A DNA stretch of 64,000 nucleotides from a virus: positions 1 to 64,000 of IMG/VR virus record IMGVR_UViG_3300031753_000004. One strand, given 5' to 3'. Every line of letters begins with the position of its first letter. Position 1 is the stretch's first letter. This document shows, piece by piece, positions 18,687 through 28,588 of this stretch. A program made the translations under genes and the position numbers. The notes below the pieces were generated by a model. That model was given only the letters and a program-made list of their open reading frames with translations, was not told where the DNA came from and made no database searches.

Positions 18687-19052
18687 CTACCCCAAGACGT
18701 TGCCCTGCTGTATCCCTGGAGAGAATACCCACCCCCGTGACAGACCCGGCTCGTACACCCAGCCCGACCGCAGCCCAGGCGAGAAGATGGTTCCGGAGTA
18801 GAGCCCCGGAGCGTAGGCGTAGCCCGTCTGCAATCCGGGCTCATAAACCGATCCCTGTATCAGCCCCGGAGCGTACACAGAACCGTCCTGTATGCCCGGT
18901 GAGAAGATGTCCCCATCCTTAAGCCCTGGAAAGTGGACGTACCCGCCGAACAGCCTCGGCACGCTGGGCTGGACTACCGACAGGCCGTCCGGCGTCACCC
19001 ACACGTCGGTGATTACTAAGTCCTGCCCAGAAGACGCCCAGTTGACGATCAT
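18687..19052 (-). CDS. protein with about 8 tandem 10-aa repeats (V/I-Y/F-x-PG-L/I-x-x-G)
   Basis: DIFSPGIQDG SVYAPGLIQG SVYEPGLQTG YAYAPGLYSG TIFSPGLRSG WVYEPGLSRG WVFSPGIQQG. Confidence 0.75.
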   Translation of the reverse strand: MIVNWASSGQDLVITDVWVTPDGLSVVQPSVPRLFGGYVHFPGLKDGDIFSPGIQDGSVYAPGLIQGSVYEPGLQTGYAYAPGLYSGTIFSPGLRSGWVYEPGLSRGWVFSPGIQQGNVLG

Positions 19053-19055
19053 GAT

Positions 19056-19403
19056 TTAGTAGTCCGGTCCAAGCCCACGGGCTCTGATCTCAAGCTCAGT
19101 AAACGGCTCTAGATCCAACTGTTTGCCTATCAGTTCGTGACTCGTCCCTCCGTGGTACATGATCTTGCCTTTCGTTACCGTGAAATGGCAGCAGCTTCTC
19201 TTGGCCTGCGGGCTGTACCCCTTCATGCTTGGATCATTGCATGTCTCATTAATCGACGGCCTGAACGTGGGGCTCTCTACGTTTCCGTCGAATGTCCAGT
19301 TGTGTTGTGGCAACTGGTTCTTAGTCGGGATAATGTGCTCTCGGCCACAACCCTTGCACTTAACCAACCAGCCGGCCTTGCATTCCACAGTTAGTATGCT
19401 CAC
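19056..19403 (-). CDS. DUF6527-like small Zn-binding protein
   Basis: CKGCGREH...WTFDGNVESPTFRPSI...CHFTVTKGKI...HELIG; GTGA coupling. Confidence 0.7.
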   Translation of the reverse strand: MSILTVECKAGWLVKCKGCGREHIIPTKNQLPQHNWTFDGNVESPTFRPSINETCNDPSMKGYSPQAKRSCCHFTVTKGKIMYHGGTSHELIGKQLDLEPFTELEIRARGLGPDY

Positions 19404-21229
19404 GACTGTGTCACCATCGTTATCCACTTGTCGGCGGCTCCCGAGGCGGTGAAGTGAAAAGTCACCACTCCGGCGTTCAGGTCGTTGGCTGTGAGGTTTA
19501 TAACGTAGGTTCCTCCGCCTACTTCCGTCGGGGCATTGTCGGCAGCGGCATACGCCCCTCCGTCCTTTGACCTAGTTACTGTTATCGCAAGCAGCGGTAT
19601 GCCGACCCCGCGAGCGTCCACCATCACGAACTCGAAGTTAGGCAGTGCCACATTCTTCTGAGGATGTACCCCCTTCACCGTCACATAGCCGTTGGCATCC
19701 AGCAGGGGCTCATCGGCCGACTCTATGGAGTACCTAGAGGTGCTGTCCACGGCTATAACCCACGGGCGGTCTACCGTGGCTACCTTGGTGGCGTTGACGT
19801 AGCCTATGATGTTTCTCGCTTGACCGATTCCTGCTCCCTGCCATATCCGTATGCGAGTGAACCGGTAGTAGCTGTCCGGCCCGCTCTCGCTGGCAGCTAG
19901 GGTGATGGTGCTGGTCCCACCCGCCTGCGCCAGCCCGTTGTGCATGGACTGTGAGTCGAGGGCGCTTATCTTCGGGTATCCACCTACGTCCGGGGTGGCG
20001 ATGCCAGCCCCGAGCCACGCTACCGTATCGACCTGAACTGGTCGGATGAGGAACACCGAGGTATTGTCCGGAGCCGTTGGCCATGCTGGGTAGATGGTGG
20101 CGATCTTCGTGCTGCCAACGTAGCCGACGCACACCCCTGCCTCTGGAGCTCCAGTTCCGGAGATGATCTGTATGCTGTAGTTGACGTAGAAGTTGTCTGA
20201 GGCCGATGCCCCCGCATCCAGCTTTATCGTCGTGGTACTGTTGCCCGTAGCCTGCGCCGTGTTCACCCGCATGATCTCACGGGTATCCACGACCGGGACT
20301 CCGGCCGTGTTGGTAGCTGCCACGTTCGTACCAGCCCATTGCGTGACGTTTGCAGTGACTACTCCTGCTAGAGAGGCGATGATGCTGTCCGTCTCTCCTT
20401 CGACCTCTGCTATGTCACCGGCTATGGTTGTTACCGGAGCGCCCAAGGTGGTGATTATGGTTCCTGCCCGAATGTAGGCATCCCCGGTCTGAACTGTGTT
20501 ACCGTCCAAGTTCTTGATCGTCGTCCCGGTCAAGTCAACAGTAGTAGTAGGGGCATTGATGTGTGCCCAATCTACGCCGACGTACCCCGCTGCTCCAGCA
20601 GAGGCCGTGCCGAGTATCTTGCCGAGGTCTATTCGACCGCTGGCATCAACCGATAAGGCGGCCGTGGCATTGCCCACAAATGCCCCCACGGTCACTCCGG
20701 CTCCGCAGGTCACGGTCTGGGTCTTGATCGTATTCACATCCACCTGCTGGGTAGTTGCGATCGTGGTTCCGGTCAGCCCCACCGTGGTGGTGGGAGCGTT
20801 CACATGGCTCCAGTCTATCCCAACGTATCCTGCTACCCCTGCCGATAGAGTGCCGAGAGTGTACTTCAGGTCTACCAGCGGGATGCCATTGACGTTGGGA
20901 GCCACGACCGCATGAGCGTTCCACTGCTCTACATCGGCATTTGTCTCGTTGAACCAGTGCCTAGGGATGATGGAGATGCCAGCCGTCGAACTCTTGCCGT
21001 GGAGGGTCACGCATGAGTAGTTGTTCTCTCCAGCAGCGAACGTGGCCTTATACAGCCCCTTGCAGTTGGTACTGTCTATCTCGGTCACATTTGGGGCAGC
21101 CGGGGTGAACTCCGTACCGTCTCCGACCCCTCGGATAGTGTGGTTGGCACCGTCTCCGGTCTTGCCAACATTATTCACGGCGTCCCAGGCCAAGTAGCAC
21201 ACAGTTACCGCCGTATTCTTGTAGGGCAC
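19400..21229 (-). CDS. large virion structural protein with internal domain duplications
   Basis: Two GxAGYVG(I/V)DW-H(V/I)NAPTTTV repeats and two AQA...TI-L-A...D-(F/Y)Y...G-G...GYV--TK(I/V)AT domains. Confidence 0.7.
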   Translation of the reverse strand: MPYKNTAVTVCYLAWDAVNNVGKTGDGANHTIRGVGDGTEFTPAAPNVTEIDSTNCKGLYKATFAAGENNYSCVTLHGKSSTAGISIIPRHWFNETNADVEQWNAHAVVAPNVNGIPLVDLKYTLGTLSAGVAGYVGIDWSHVNAPTTTVGLTGTTIATTQQVDVNTIKTQTVTCGAGVTVGAFVGNATAALSVDASGRIDLGKILGTASAGAAGYVGVDWAHINAPTTTVDLTGTTIKNLDGNTVQTGDAYIRAGTIITTLGAPVTTIAGDIAEVEGETDSIIASLAGVVTANVTQWAGTNVAATNTAGVPVVDTREIMRVNTAQATGNSTTTIKLDAGASASDNFYVNYSIQIISGTGAPEAGVCVGYVGSTKIATIYPAWPTAPDNTSVFLIRPVQVDTVAWLGAGIATPDVGGYPKISALDSQSMHNGLAQAGGTSTITLAASESGPDSYYRFTRIRIWQGAGIGQARNIIGYVNATKVATVDRPWVIAVDSTSRYSIESADEPLLDANGYVTVKGVHPQKNVALPNFEFVMVDARGVGIPLLAITVTRSKDGGAYAAADNAPTEVGGGTYVINLTANDLNAGVVTFHFTASGAADKWITMVTQS

Positions 21230-21230
21230 A

Positions 21231-22211
21231 TCACCACTCGTTGTCGGCGCATAGCTGGTAGATCGGCACGATGACTCCGCTGGAAACCGGGTTGTAGAGG
21301 ATAACGATCAAACCTGATACTCCTACACCACCATTCAGGCTTCCGTTGCCTCCGCCACCACCACCGGCTCCGTAACTGCCTCCAGCCCCACCCGCACTAA
21401 CGGCGTTTGCTCCACCACCACCACCACCACCAGAGCCAAGTATCGTTCCGGAGGCAACAGCTCCAGTTGGCGCAGAGGTAGTAGTTAATTCAGTTCCGCT
21501 GCCACCACCAGCTCCAACTCCACCACCAGTTCCTCCAATCGCGTTGTCTCCAGTCCCGCCAGTCTGGGACAACGTGCTGCTCGCTCCTGCACCGCTAGGT
21601 CCGGCTGCCCCACCACCACCACCGCCACCACCAGCACCCGGCCCGTTACTTCCAGTGCCACCGTTGAAAGCGTTCGCGCTTGGCGTGCAGCTTGCGGCAG
21701 CTCCTCCAGCTCCGCCAGCACCACCGGCAGCACCAGTTGCACCAGCAACGCCAGCCTTGGCAACCACTATGTTGGTAGAACTCGTGTTTGTTATCTTGGT
21801 GTCCGTGGCAATTCCAAACCCAATCGTGACCGTTCCTCCAGCTGCGCCCAAAGTAGCATTGGTGAGTTTGGCAAACGCCCCTCCACCTCCACCTCCTCCA
21901 GGGCTGCCCGTACCAGATTGTCCTTTACCTCCTCCAGCACCGCCTCCAACAGCCTCAACAATGTTGTCGGCATTGTTCCAGTCACTTGGCAAGACGAAGC
22001 TGGTCCCAGTGATGATGGCGAATATATTGGAAAAGGCGTGGTGCCTCGGCACCGAGAGGATGATGCGTATGACCTCATCGTCACTGAACTGTCTCAGGTA
22101 GTCCAGCTTCTTGAGGTCACGAGCCCCAAGCTGCCGTCTCTGGAAGCGCAGTTCCTTCGGGTCTCGGAGTTGCCTCAGATACTCCAGTTTCTTCCGCTCG
22201 TAGCAGTGCAA
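21231..22211 (-). CDS. glycine-rich virion protein (start uncertain)
   Basis: IVEAVGGGAGGG...GGGGGGG...GGSYGAGGGGG...SGLIVILY; N-terminal KKL(E/D)YLRQ duplication. Confidence 0.75.
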   Translation of the reverse strand: MHCYERKKLEYLRQLRDPKELRFQRRQLGARDLKKLDYLRQFSDDEVIRIILSVPRHHAFSNIFAIITGTSFVLPSDWNNADNIVEAVGGGAGGGKGQSGTGSPGGGGGGGAFAKLTNATLGAAGGTVTIGFGIATDTKITNTSSTNIVVAKAGVAGATGAAGGAGGAGGAAASCTPSANAFNGGTGSNGPGAGGGGGGGGAAGPSGAGASSTLSQTGGTGDNAIGGTGGGVGAGGGSGTELTTTSAPTGAVASGTILGSGGGGGGGANAVSAGGAGGSYGAGGGGGGNGSLNGGVGVSGLIVILYNPVSSGVIVPIYQLCADNEW

Positions 22212-22214
22212 GTC

Positions 22215-22616
22215 TCACTCCAGCCTGGTGAACGCGCTGGCGCGTAAATTTCCGAACTCGATTGGCGTTCGCTGCTGGCTTTCTCGTTGAAGCCGTAAAC
22301 CGCACAACAGCAATGCCTGCCCTAGAGTCTTCCCCGCCCTTAGCGCCGTGGTTAGGATCTTGCTGAAGGTGCCATCATTCGACATCTCCCGCATAGGCTT
22401 CTCTAAGAACTTGCTGCTGCCGTGCGGACCCCAGTAGACCCCGAGTCCACTCTTTCTCGGCATCCCCTCCCACTTCATCTCCATGTTCTCGTGGACGAAG
22501 ATGGCGTACGCAGCGGTGAAGCCAACGGTCACGCTCACATCACTGTCCTTGCGAGCCTGCGCCGCCTTTGCTCGCAGCTTGCTGACCAGACTTTGCAGTC
22601 TCTGGATCTCGGCCAT
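22215..22616 (-). CDS. HK97 gp10-like neck protein
   Basis: VGFTAAYAIFVHE...KFLEKP...TPIEFGNLRAS. Confidence 0.8.
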   Translation of the reverse strand: MAEIQRLQSLVSKLRAKAAQARKDSDVSVTVGFTAAYAIFVHENMEMKWEGMPRKSGLGVYWGPHGSSKFLEKPMREMSNDGTFSKILTTALRAGKTLGQALLLCGLRLQRESQQRTPIEFGNLRASAFTRLE

Positions 22617-23035
22617 TACGTGTACGCCTGCGCCTTAGTTCCTCGATACCTCTTCAGTTGCACCGTCCGCCGTATGACGCGCATCTTCACGTCTGGGGTG
22701 TTGTAGTAACTCACCACCTCCATAAGCTCCGGCTCCTTGCTCAGAGTTGAGGAGCCTGTACCCAGCCAGTCCGAGAGCTTGCCGAGCCACATGAGGCTTC
22801 CTGAGAGTATCGTCAGTCCCACCACTACCTCGGCGTCGATGTTCACCACGTCTCCGTCTCTGGTCGTGATCTCCTTCTTGACGTATTTCCACCTGACGGG
22901 TATCTGCTGGGGTGGTCCCACCTCCGGCTCCCCATAGGCGTTGGTAAGGACTATGCCCTCGGCTATGAGCACCGGGAGCAGTACCGCCGTCTGGCCTCCG
23001 GGGACGGATAGGTCATGGACTTCTGGGGCTGGCAT
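22616..23035 (-). CDS. head closure protein (putative)
   Basis: NAYGEP...IPVRW...DGDVV..DAEV; synteny. Confidence 0.65.
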   Translation of the reverse strand: MPAPEVHDLSVPGGQTAVLLPVLIAEGIVLTNAYGEPEVGPPQQIPVRWKYVKKEITTRDGDVVNIDAEVVVGLTILSGSLMWLGKLSDWLGTGSSTLSKEPELMEVVSYYNTPDVKMRVIRRTVQLKRYRGTKAQAYT

Positions 23036-23581
23036 TCATTGAGTCTCTACGTCGTGGTCTTTCCACAGGTCGGCGTACACTTCCCCGTTCTTGATCCGAT
23101 ACAACGTCCTTACAGAAATCCCGACCTCCCTGGACACGCGAGTTACCGACTCGCCACCGGTTAATCGTCTCCTAAGTTCTCTGGCGGCCTCGTCGGAGAT
23201 TGTTCTCACCAGCCTTGACCGTACTATACCGTCCCTTGCAAAATCTATAGTCATGTTGTCTCGGTGTGTGCCCCAAGAGATGTTGCTCAGCGAGCTATCC
23301 CACCTACCGCCAGGACCATGCCTTGTTTCCATTCCCTTTGGACGCGGTCCAACGAATGCTTCTAGGACTAAGGTGTGGACATACTTCGTAATTTCTGGAA
23401 GTTTGCCCCTCCCAAGAGTCACAGCCGGATACCCGTTCTTTGCGCGAGGATGAAGAAGTCGTGGGAACGGCAACCATCCAACAGTTCGACGCCCTGGACG
23501 CCAACTTCGTACTCTCCCTATGTTAGACACGTCGTAGCCCTCGAATCCGACAACCGGCCTCCACTGCTCAGTCACTGACAT
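23036..23581 (-). CDS. NUMOD4-HNH homing endonuclease with C-terminal HTH
   Basis: EQWRPVVGFEGYDVSNIGRVRS; YVHTLVLEAFVGPRP..ETRH...NISWGT..N. Confidence 0.92.
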   Translation of the reverse strand: MSVTEQWRPVVGFEGYDVSNIGRVRSWRPGRRTVGWLPFPRLLHPRAKNGYPAVTLGRGKLPEITKYVHTLVLEAFVGPRPKGMETRHGPGGRWDSSLSNISWGTHRDNMTIDFARDGIVRSRLVRTISDEAARELRRRLTGGESVTRVSREVGISVRTLYRIKNGEVYADLWKDHDVETQ

Positions 23582-23585
23582 GCCA

Positions 23586-24014
23586 CTAGCTCCTTTGGTC
23601 GTATGGCGTTTGTTGGCTAGGCGGGCGCCCTAACCAAATGCCCTGACATACCTTCCTCTTGTCGTCGGCAAACAGCGCTTGCAGGCATCCGCTGGTATCT
23701 AGCCGCATCGCCTTCATGCCGTACTTGCTGCCCTCAAGGTACATATCCGTCTTGCCCTGAAACTGCGCCGACGCCCCCTGTGTGGTCTTGCTCTGGTACG
23801 CCTGATCGGTCATCACGTAGTCGTGCGCCGCTAGGTTCCGCTCGATCAACTCCAGCCGGCTGGCCAACATGGTGATGCCACGAACGTTCTGAGCCTGCGC
23901 TACCAAGTCGTCCACCGTGGCAGAGGCGCTATCGCAATGCTGTTGAAGATCGGTCACGCCGTCGTAGTCGCCGGCAAGGAGCGTCTGGACTTGCCCCGGA
24001 GTTGTGCGGCTCAT
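23586..24014 (-). CDS. head-tail connector protein (putative)
   Basis: LELIERNLAAH...SKYGMKAMRLDTSGCL; synteny. Confidence 0.7.
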   Translation of the reverse strand: MSRTTPGQVQTLLAGDYDGVTDLQQHCDSASATVDDLVAQAQNVRGITMLASRLELIERNLAAHDYVMTDQAYQSKTTQGASAQFQGKTDMYLEGSKYGMKAMRLDTSGCLQALFADDKRKVCQGIWLGRPPSQQTPYDQRS

Positions 24015-24032
24015 GGTCGTCCCTTTGGAAAG

Positions 24033-24131
24033 AAATGAGCGGGGTGGCGTCGGAGCAGCATGAGGGGGGATCTAAGCCCCAGTGCGGCCCTTCCGTCTGG
24101 ACCAGCAACAGCCAGACCACCCCGCTCGTTT
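24033..24131. ncRNA. candidate structured intergenic RNA (multibranch, 11-bp perfect closing stem)
   Basis: GAGCGGGGTGG (24037-24047) pairs with CCACCCCGCTC (24117-24127); internal stems TCTGG/CCAGA, CGGA/TCCG, GGGG/CCCC. Confidence 0.45.
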
Positions 24132-24133
24132 GT

Positions 24134-24391
24134 CTACGGCTTCTTCTTGGCCCCTCCCGCCGGAGGAGTCACCGGAGCGGCCGGCGTGTTGGCGGCAATG
24201 TCTGCCGCGAGAGCGGCCTGCGACGTTTGCAGCGCCGTTACAATCGCTGCTAGTTTTGTCGGGTTCGTCCCAGCGGCGGCGAGTTGAGCGGCCAAGTTGT
24301 TGATGAACTGGACGGCGGACCCTTCGACAGTGACATTTTGGGCCACCTGAGCGGACAGGGCGGCAAGGGGATCAGTCGGAGGTGCTGACAT
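24134..24391 (-). CDS. Ala-rich hypothetical protein
   Basis: AAGGAG RBS; 85 aa. Confidence 0.7.
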   Translation of the reverse strand: MSAPPTDPLAALSAQVAQNVTVEGSAVQFINNLAAQLAAAGTNPTKLAAIVTALQTSQAALAADIAANTPAAPVTPPAGGAKKKP

Positions 24392-24403
24392 AGTTCGTGC
24401 TCC

Positions 24404-25273
24404 TTACTTGGGTTGGTTGGCTTTAACGGATGCTTCCAGGGCGTCACCAGACGCCCTGAGTTGGTTCGTGGCATCAACAAGCGCCTGCGGATCATTGTTT
24501 GGGTCGTTGATAGATGTCGCTATGGCGGCGATCGCCCTAGACTGCTGGTTGAGCAACCGGATGATGTAGTTGAGATTGCTGCTTACGGAGCCGAAGCCCG
24601 GGGAAATAGAAGCTCTCGCCTTTCGGTATGCTGTTAGCCTGGAATATGCCCCCGCCTGCGCCTCTTTGCCGCCACCCGGTTTTGCGTCGGCTCCCCAAAC
24701 GTCGGTAGACGTGCCGATCGCCGTTTCGATCGAGGCATAACCAGTAGGGGCCAGCGTGAACGGTTTCGATAGTACCCCACGGAAATCGAAAGGCCCCGCC
24801 GTCTGTTCTTCCTCAAACCATTTAGGAAGAGCGAAATTAGCGACAGGAACGCCGTCGATCTCGTACCCAGTCCCCTCAAGCATGTCGCCGATTTCATGCG
24901 GCCAGATGGCGCGTCCAGAGAGGTATGGGCCTTCGGCAAGGTCTGTTACGTAGGGGTTGATGAGCGATTCACCAACTTCGTGGCTGAGGACTTCCGGCCA
25001 CGCAATGCCAGAGGTTTTCGCGAAAACGTAGCTAACCGTTGCACCCTGCGCGTCTCGGGTGTGATAGCCTTCCGCACCAGCCTGGTCTGAGTTGTCCAGT
25101 ATGAAGACAATCTCGTATCCCGGCGTGACCTTTGTGTCCTTCCACAACTTTGCCGGAATGTTCCAGGTGGGCGCAATGTCCCGCGCCACCTGCGTCTGGA
25201 CGGCATTGGCGGCAGCCTGGAAGTCCGTTTCGCTCACCACCGTCGATTGGTTGACTAGCAACACCTGTCGCAT
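24404..25273 (-). CDS. putative zincin-like metallopeptidase
   Basis: GAEGYH, VLSHEVGESLINP, HEIGDMLE, VANFALPKWF. Confidence 0.6.
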   Translation of the reverse strand: MRQVLLVNQSTVVSETDFQAAANAVQTQVARDIAPTWNIPAKLWKDTKVTPGYEIVFILDNSDQAGAEGYHTRDAQGATVSYVFAKTSGIAWPEVLSHEVGESLINPYVTDLAEGPYLSGRAIWPHEIGDMLEGTGYEIDGVPVANFALPKWFEEEQTAGPFDFRGVLSKPFTLAPTGYASIETAIGTSTDVWGADAKPGGGKEAQAGAYSRLTAYRKARASISPGFGSVSSNLNYIIRLLNQQSRAIAAIATSINDPNNDPQALVDATNQLRASGDALEASVKANQPK

Positions 25274-25390
25274 CAGTCTCGTGCCTTCCAGGGGTTGTGC
25301 CTACCGTCATCAACCCAGACCCACGCTAGGAATCCAAGGATGATGACGGCGACAGCTACTATGATGGCTGCCTCAATGTGAGCACCGTTA

Positions 25391-25954
25391 TCATGGGCCG
25401 GTCGGTGCAGCGGCAGAGCCGGCCGGAGCCGCTGCACCGATCCCACCTACAAGGCTGCCGATCAATGGCAGTAGCAGGGGAATCGCCGCCGCCATTGCCG
25501 GGTTGCTGGCGAGTAGCGGAGCCAGAGCAGCAGGCAGGCCGCCGAGGAACGATTGCACCTGCGAGGTCGGCACGCTGGATAGTGCTTGCTTGATCGGGGC
25601 AAGGGCGCTTCCAGTGCCGCCGGATACGCCACCCGAGGAGACGAAGATCGGCCACAGCGGAAAGCCGCCCGCCCACTGCGGATCGATCAGTCCAGCCGGG
25701 TGGTTGCCGGCAATGACGAAACCGTAGTACTCTTTGAACGAAACCGAGGTCTCAAGGTTGATATCCTTGTAGGCCATTGTTGTCTTGTCGAATGGAGTAC
25801 CGCCTGGCACGGGTCCAAGGCGTAGATTCTCGGCGCAGGCGAGAACCGCAGCAATCAACTGACCGAGCAGGTCAACGACGGTCGATTGGAAGTCGTTCCC
25901 GCTAGGCACTGCCACGGGCGGAGTAGCGGGAGGGGCTGATACGGGTGAAGACAT
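25391..25954 (-). CDS. hypothetical protein with hydrophobic C-terminus
   Basis: ORF coupled to upstream gene. Confidence 0.6.
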   Translation of the reverse strand: MSSPVSAPPATPPVAVPSGNDFQSTVVDLLGQLIAAVLACAENLRLGPVPGGTPFDKTTMAYKDINLETSVSFKEYYGFVIAGNHPAGLIDPQWAGGFPLWPIFVSSGGVSGGTGSALAPIKQALSSVPTSQVQSFLGGLPAALAPLLASNPAMAAAIPLLLPLIGSLVGGIGAAAPAGSAAAPTGP

Positions 25955-26232
25955 TAGTTCGGTGCTCCTAGTTCGGGTTCTTGATTAGTAGCTGACGCTT
26001 CGGTTTCCTCCTCTTCGTCTAGCGGAGGAAACCAGTTCTCAGGGTTCATTGCATAGAAGAATTTGGAGACTAGAACGCACGGCCAGAATGCGATCGTGAA
26101 CACGGTTATGGCCGTCCATCCCCAGTTCCACTTCGTAAGGCTACTTCCCGGCCTACCGAGGTGGGATATCCACGAGCAGGCCATCAGGCCGGCGCAGAAG
26201 ACGTATGCCAATACCCAACCCCACCAAGGCAT
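25954..26232 (-). CDS. two-TM membrane protein
   Basis: Two hydrophobic segments, acidic tail. Confidence 0.7.
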   Translation of the reverse strand: MPWWGWVLAYVFCAGLMACSWISHLGRPGSSLTKWNWGWTAITVFTIAFWPCVLVSKFFYAMNPENWFPPLDEEEETEASATNQEPELGAPN

Positions 26233-26235
26233 TAC

Positions 26236-27003
26236 TCACCTCACGTGATAGATCGCATTGGTCCAACTTGTCTTCCACTTTGAATAACTCATGTACCCGA
26301 CGGGCGCAGCGGTGGAACCGGCACTCGGCGGTGCTCCGCCAGCCGGTGGCATCATGCCGGGAGGCGCTCCCCCGGCCGGCGGAGAAGCCTGCGGCGGCGC
26401 CCCCACGGACGGCGGAGCAGATGGAGGCGCTCCCACCGCAGGCGGTACTACGATAGGCGGTGCTGGGTGGAGGATGATCGGCGACTGCGGCACCTGAAAC
26501 ACCGGGGGCGCTCCAATGGCCGGCGGTACGTACGGTGCCGGGGCGATGGGCGTCGGGACGTAGGGCGGTGCTCCCATCGATGGCGGTACGTAAGGAGGCG
26601 GTCCCACAGCAGGCGGAACGTAGGGAGGAGCACCAATAGCAGGAGGCACGTAAGGGGGAGCGCCAATAGCAGGCGGTACATAGGGCGGTGGTCCTTCAGC
26701 CGGAGGGTAGTACGGCGGAGCCCACGGCCCGGCGCCGGGTTGCCCTTGGATGTACGGGGCGACGTAGGGGGCAGGCGCTACTTGAGGAGCCGGCTGCTGG
26801 ATGATAATTGGCTGCGGTGCGGGTGCAGGCGGTGGAGGTTGATACGGGGCAACCGGGGCAGGAGCCGGCTGTGTGCCCCCTGCCTCCAGCCTCTCCAGCC
26901 TCCGTTCCACGCTGTTGCGCCAGGGCAGGATGCAGACTCGGTGGTAAGTCGGTGGCGCTTGCGCCGGTTGGCACAGTGCCATCAGTAGGATCAGGCTGTT
27001 CAT
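26236..27003 (-). CDS. secreted proline-rich protein with PPYVPPA(I/V)GA 10-aa repeats
   Basis: Signal-like MNSLILLMALCQ; 30-bp degenerate tandem repeats. Confidence 0.8.
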   Translation of the reverse strand: MNSLILLMALCQPAQAPPTYHRVCILPWRNSVERRLERLEAGGTQPAPAPVAPYQPPPPAPAPQPIIIQQPAPQVAPAPYVAPYIQGQPGAGPWAPPYYPPAEGPPPYVPPAIGAPPYVPPAIGAPPYVPPAVGPPPYVPPSMGAPPYVPTPIAPAPYVPPAIGAPPVFQVPQSPIILHPAPPIVVPPAVGAPPSAPPSVGAPPQASPPAGGAPPGMMPPAGGAPPSAGSTAAPVGYMSYSKWKTSWTNAIYHVR

Positions 27004-27890
27004 CTTCTCACCTCATTTTTGGCTCTTCGTTCGTCTTCATATGGGTTGTCCGGCAGTTCAGGATTCATTCCGTCGAACAAGTAGTAGGTTCTTATCTTCC
27101 CGTCTGGCATTTTCTCTGCTCGAACAGGAGAGCGTTTGTATCCCCACTTCGGGAACTTCTCCAAGTCGGCCTTTGTGTTCTGTGTTACAGCAGCGGTGTG
27201 CTCGTCCGTGAATCGATGCGGATGCCCGTCTTTCTCGTAATTGTGCTTTAAGATCGCGTCGGCATAGATGCCGTTGGGCATGTACCACCATTGCCAGGAC
27301 GCGAGGCCGTGCCATCCAGAGCAGCCGCTTCGGTAGTAATCATGGAAGCCAGTCGCGCCATACTTGCACGTCGCTCCGAAGGCACGGCATTCCTTCGCTG
27401 CGAGCAGCCAGACCCACCGTTCAACTAGCTGGCGCTTCCGCTCTTCGTTCTCATTCAGCGGTTGATGCCAGTCCTCTCTCTCTGCCGTCCGCCTGTCTTC
27501 CATGTGGGGAACGACAGCCACGGCATGGACAACCAACGTCGTGCGCCCGTCTTTCTCGAGAATGTACTCCGTCCTGATCCCGGCATCGGCGTACCCAGGC
27601 GAGCCATGCTTAATGGCTAGGTCTATTTGCTCCCGGTCACTTTCGTGGATGGGGTCAGGGAAAGGCACTTTTTTGATCGGCTCGCACGTCATCTCTACCT
27701 TGTGCTTCCCGTCCTTGGACTGGAGGATGATCTTCTTGCCTGGCTTGATCTCGACCGGACCTGAGACGCCATCTTTGTCCAGCTTGTGAACTTCCGGCTC
27801 TTGTCGAGCGGCCATAAGAATGAGAATCTGCAACCCAACTCCGGGCGCGCCGATCAAAGCAAATAGTAGAACAATCAGCCACTTCATCAC
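27000..27890 (-). CDS. membrane-anchored hypothetical protein
   Basis: Hydrophobic N-terminus, soluble 260-aa domain. Confidence 0.7.
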   Translation of the reverse strand: MMKWLIVLLFALIGAPGVGLQILILMAARQEPEVHKLDKDGVSGPVEIKPGKKIILQSKDGKHKVEMTCEPIKKVPFPDPIHESDREQIDLAIKHGSPGYADAGIRTEYILEKDGRTTLVVHAVAVVPHMEDRRTAEREDWHQPLNENEERKRQLVERWVWLLAAKECRAFGATCKYGATGFHDYYRSGCSGWHGLASWQWWYMPNGIYADAILKHNYEKDGHPHRFTDEHTAAVTQNTKADLEKFPKWGYKRSPVRAEKMPDGKIRTYYLFDGMNPELPDNPYEDERRAKNEVRR

Positions 27891-27929
27891 GTCAACCTTC
27901 TTTCTGCCTCTTCAGTCCGTGACTCGGAT

Positions 27930-28244
27930 CTATCTCCTGTGTCCGCCCCACCCGATGCTTAACCCAACTCCGGGGCTGTAACCGTATGGGTAGGTGTAGC
28001 CGGGGTAGTAGTACGGGGCTGGTGCCGGGACGACCGGGGCAACCGGAGCAACGTATGGAGTCGTCGGGTACGGGTAGTAGTAGGGGTAAGGGTTGTAATA
28101 GCCGTAATACGGCTGGGCATAGTAGGGGCGGTATCCCCATCCTCCGCCCACTCCAAGGCTGAAGCCTCCACGCCAATGGTCACGGTCATCCACCTTCGTC
28201 GTGCAAGGCACCGAGAGGGCGATCAGCAGAGCTAGTGCGTTCAT
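27930..28244 (-). CDS. secreted Tyr/Pro-rich low-complexity protein
   Basis: MNALALLIALSVPC; YYPY repeats. Confidence 0.7.
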   Translation of the reverse strand: MNALALLIALSVPCTTKVDDRDHWRGGFSLGVGGGWGYRPYYAQPYYGYYNPYPYYYPYPTTPYVAPVAPVVPAPAPYYYPGYTYPYGYSPGVGLSIGWGGHRR

Positions 28245-28588
28245 GTCTTCACCGTTACTTGGGCCGTGGCTGGGACGTTGCTCAAGGCAGCCGTCTTGTG
28301 TAACGTCCGTGACTTGGTGTAGTTCACGATAGTCCAGGCAGAAGCCGCCACCGCTATGGCTGCCACGACAAGGTTAGTGATGGCACCGTAGAGGGTAGAG
28401 GCGTCGGCCGGCTTCACTATCCCGGTCGAGAGCATGATGCTCATACCCACCTTGAGGAACGTCAGCCAGGTCTCGCTCGGTATGCCAGTCTTGGCACCGA
28501 TCCAGGTCTGCACGTCGGCAGGGGTCTCTACCACGGTTGGCGTCGGATCGGTCGCCACTATCGTCCCTCCAGTTGCCTCTGCACCCAT
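28241..28588 (-). CDS. holin-like two-TM protein
   Basis: GIPSETW...two TM segments...YTKSRTLHK. Confidence 0.5.
   Translation of the reverse strand: MGAEATGGTIVATDPTPTVVETPADVQTWIGAKTGIPSETWLTFLKVGMSIMLSTGIVKPADASTLYGAITNLVVAAIAVAASAWTIVNYTKSRTLHKTAALSNVPATAQVTVKT

Noticed and set aside
26340-26720. 30-bp periodic repeats (also about 18710-18930) as a possible CRISPR array
   Set aside because: Degenerate, in-frame coding repeats with no unique spacers and no cas operon.
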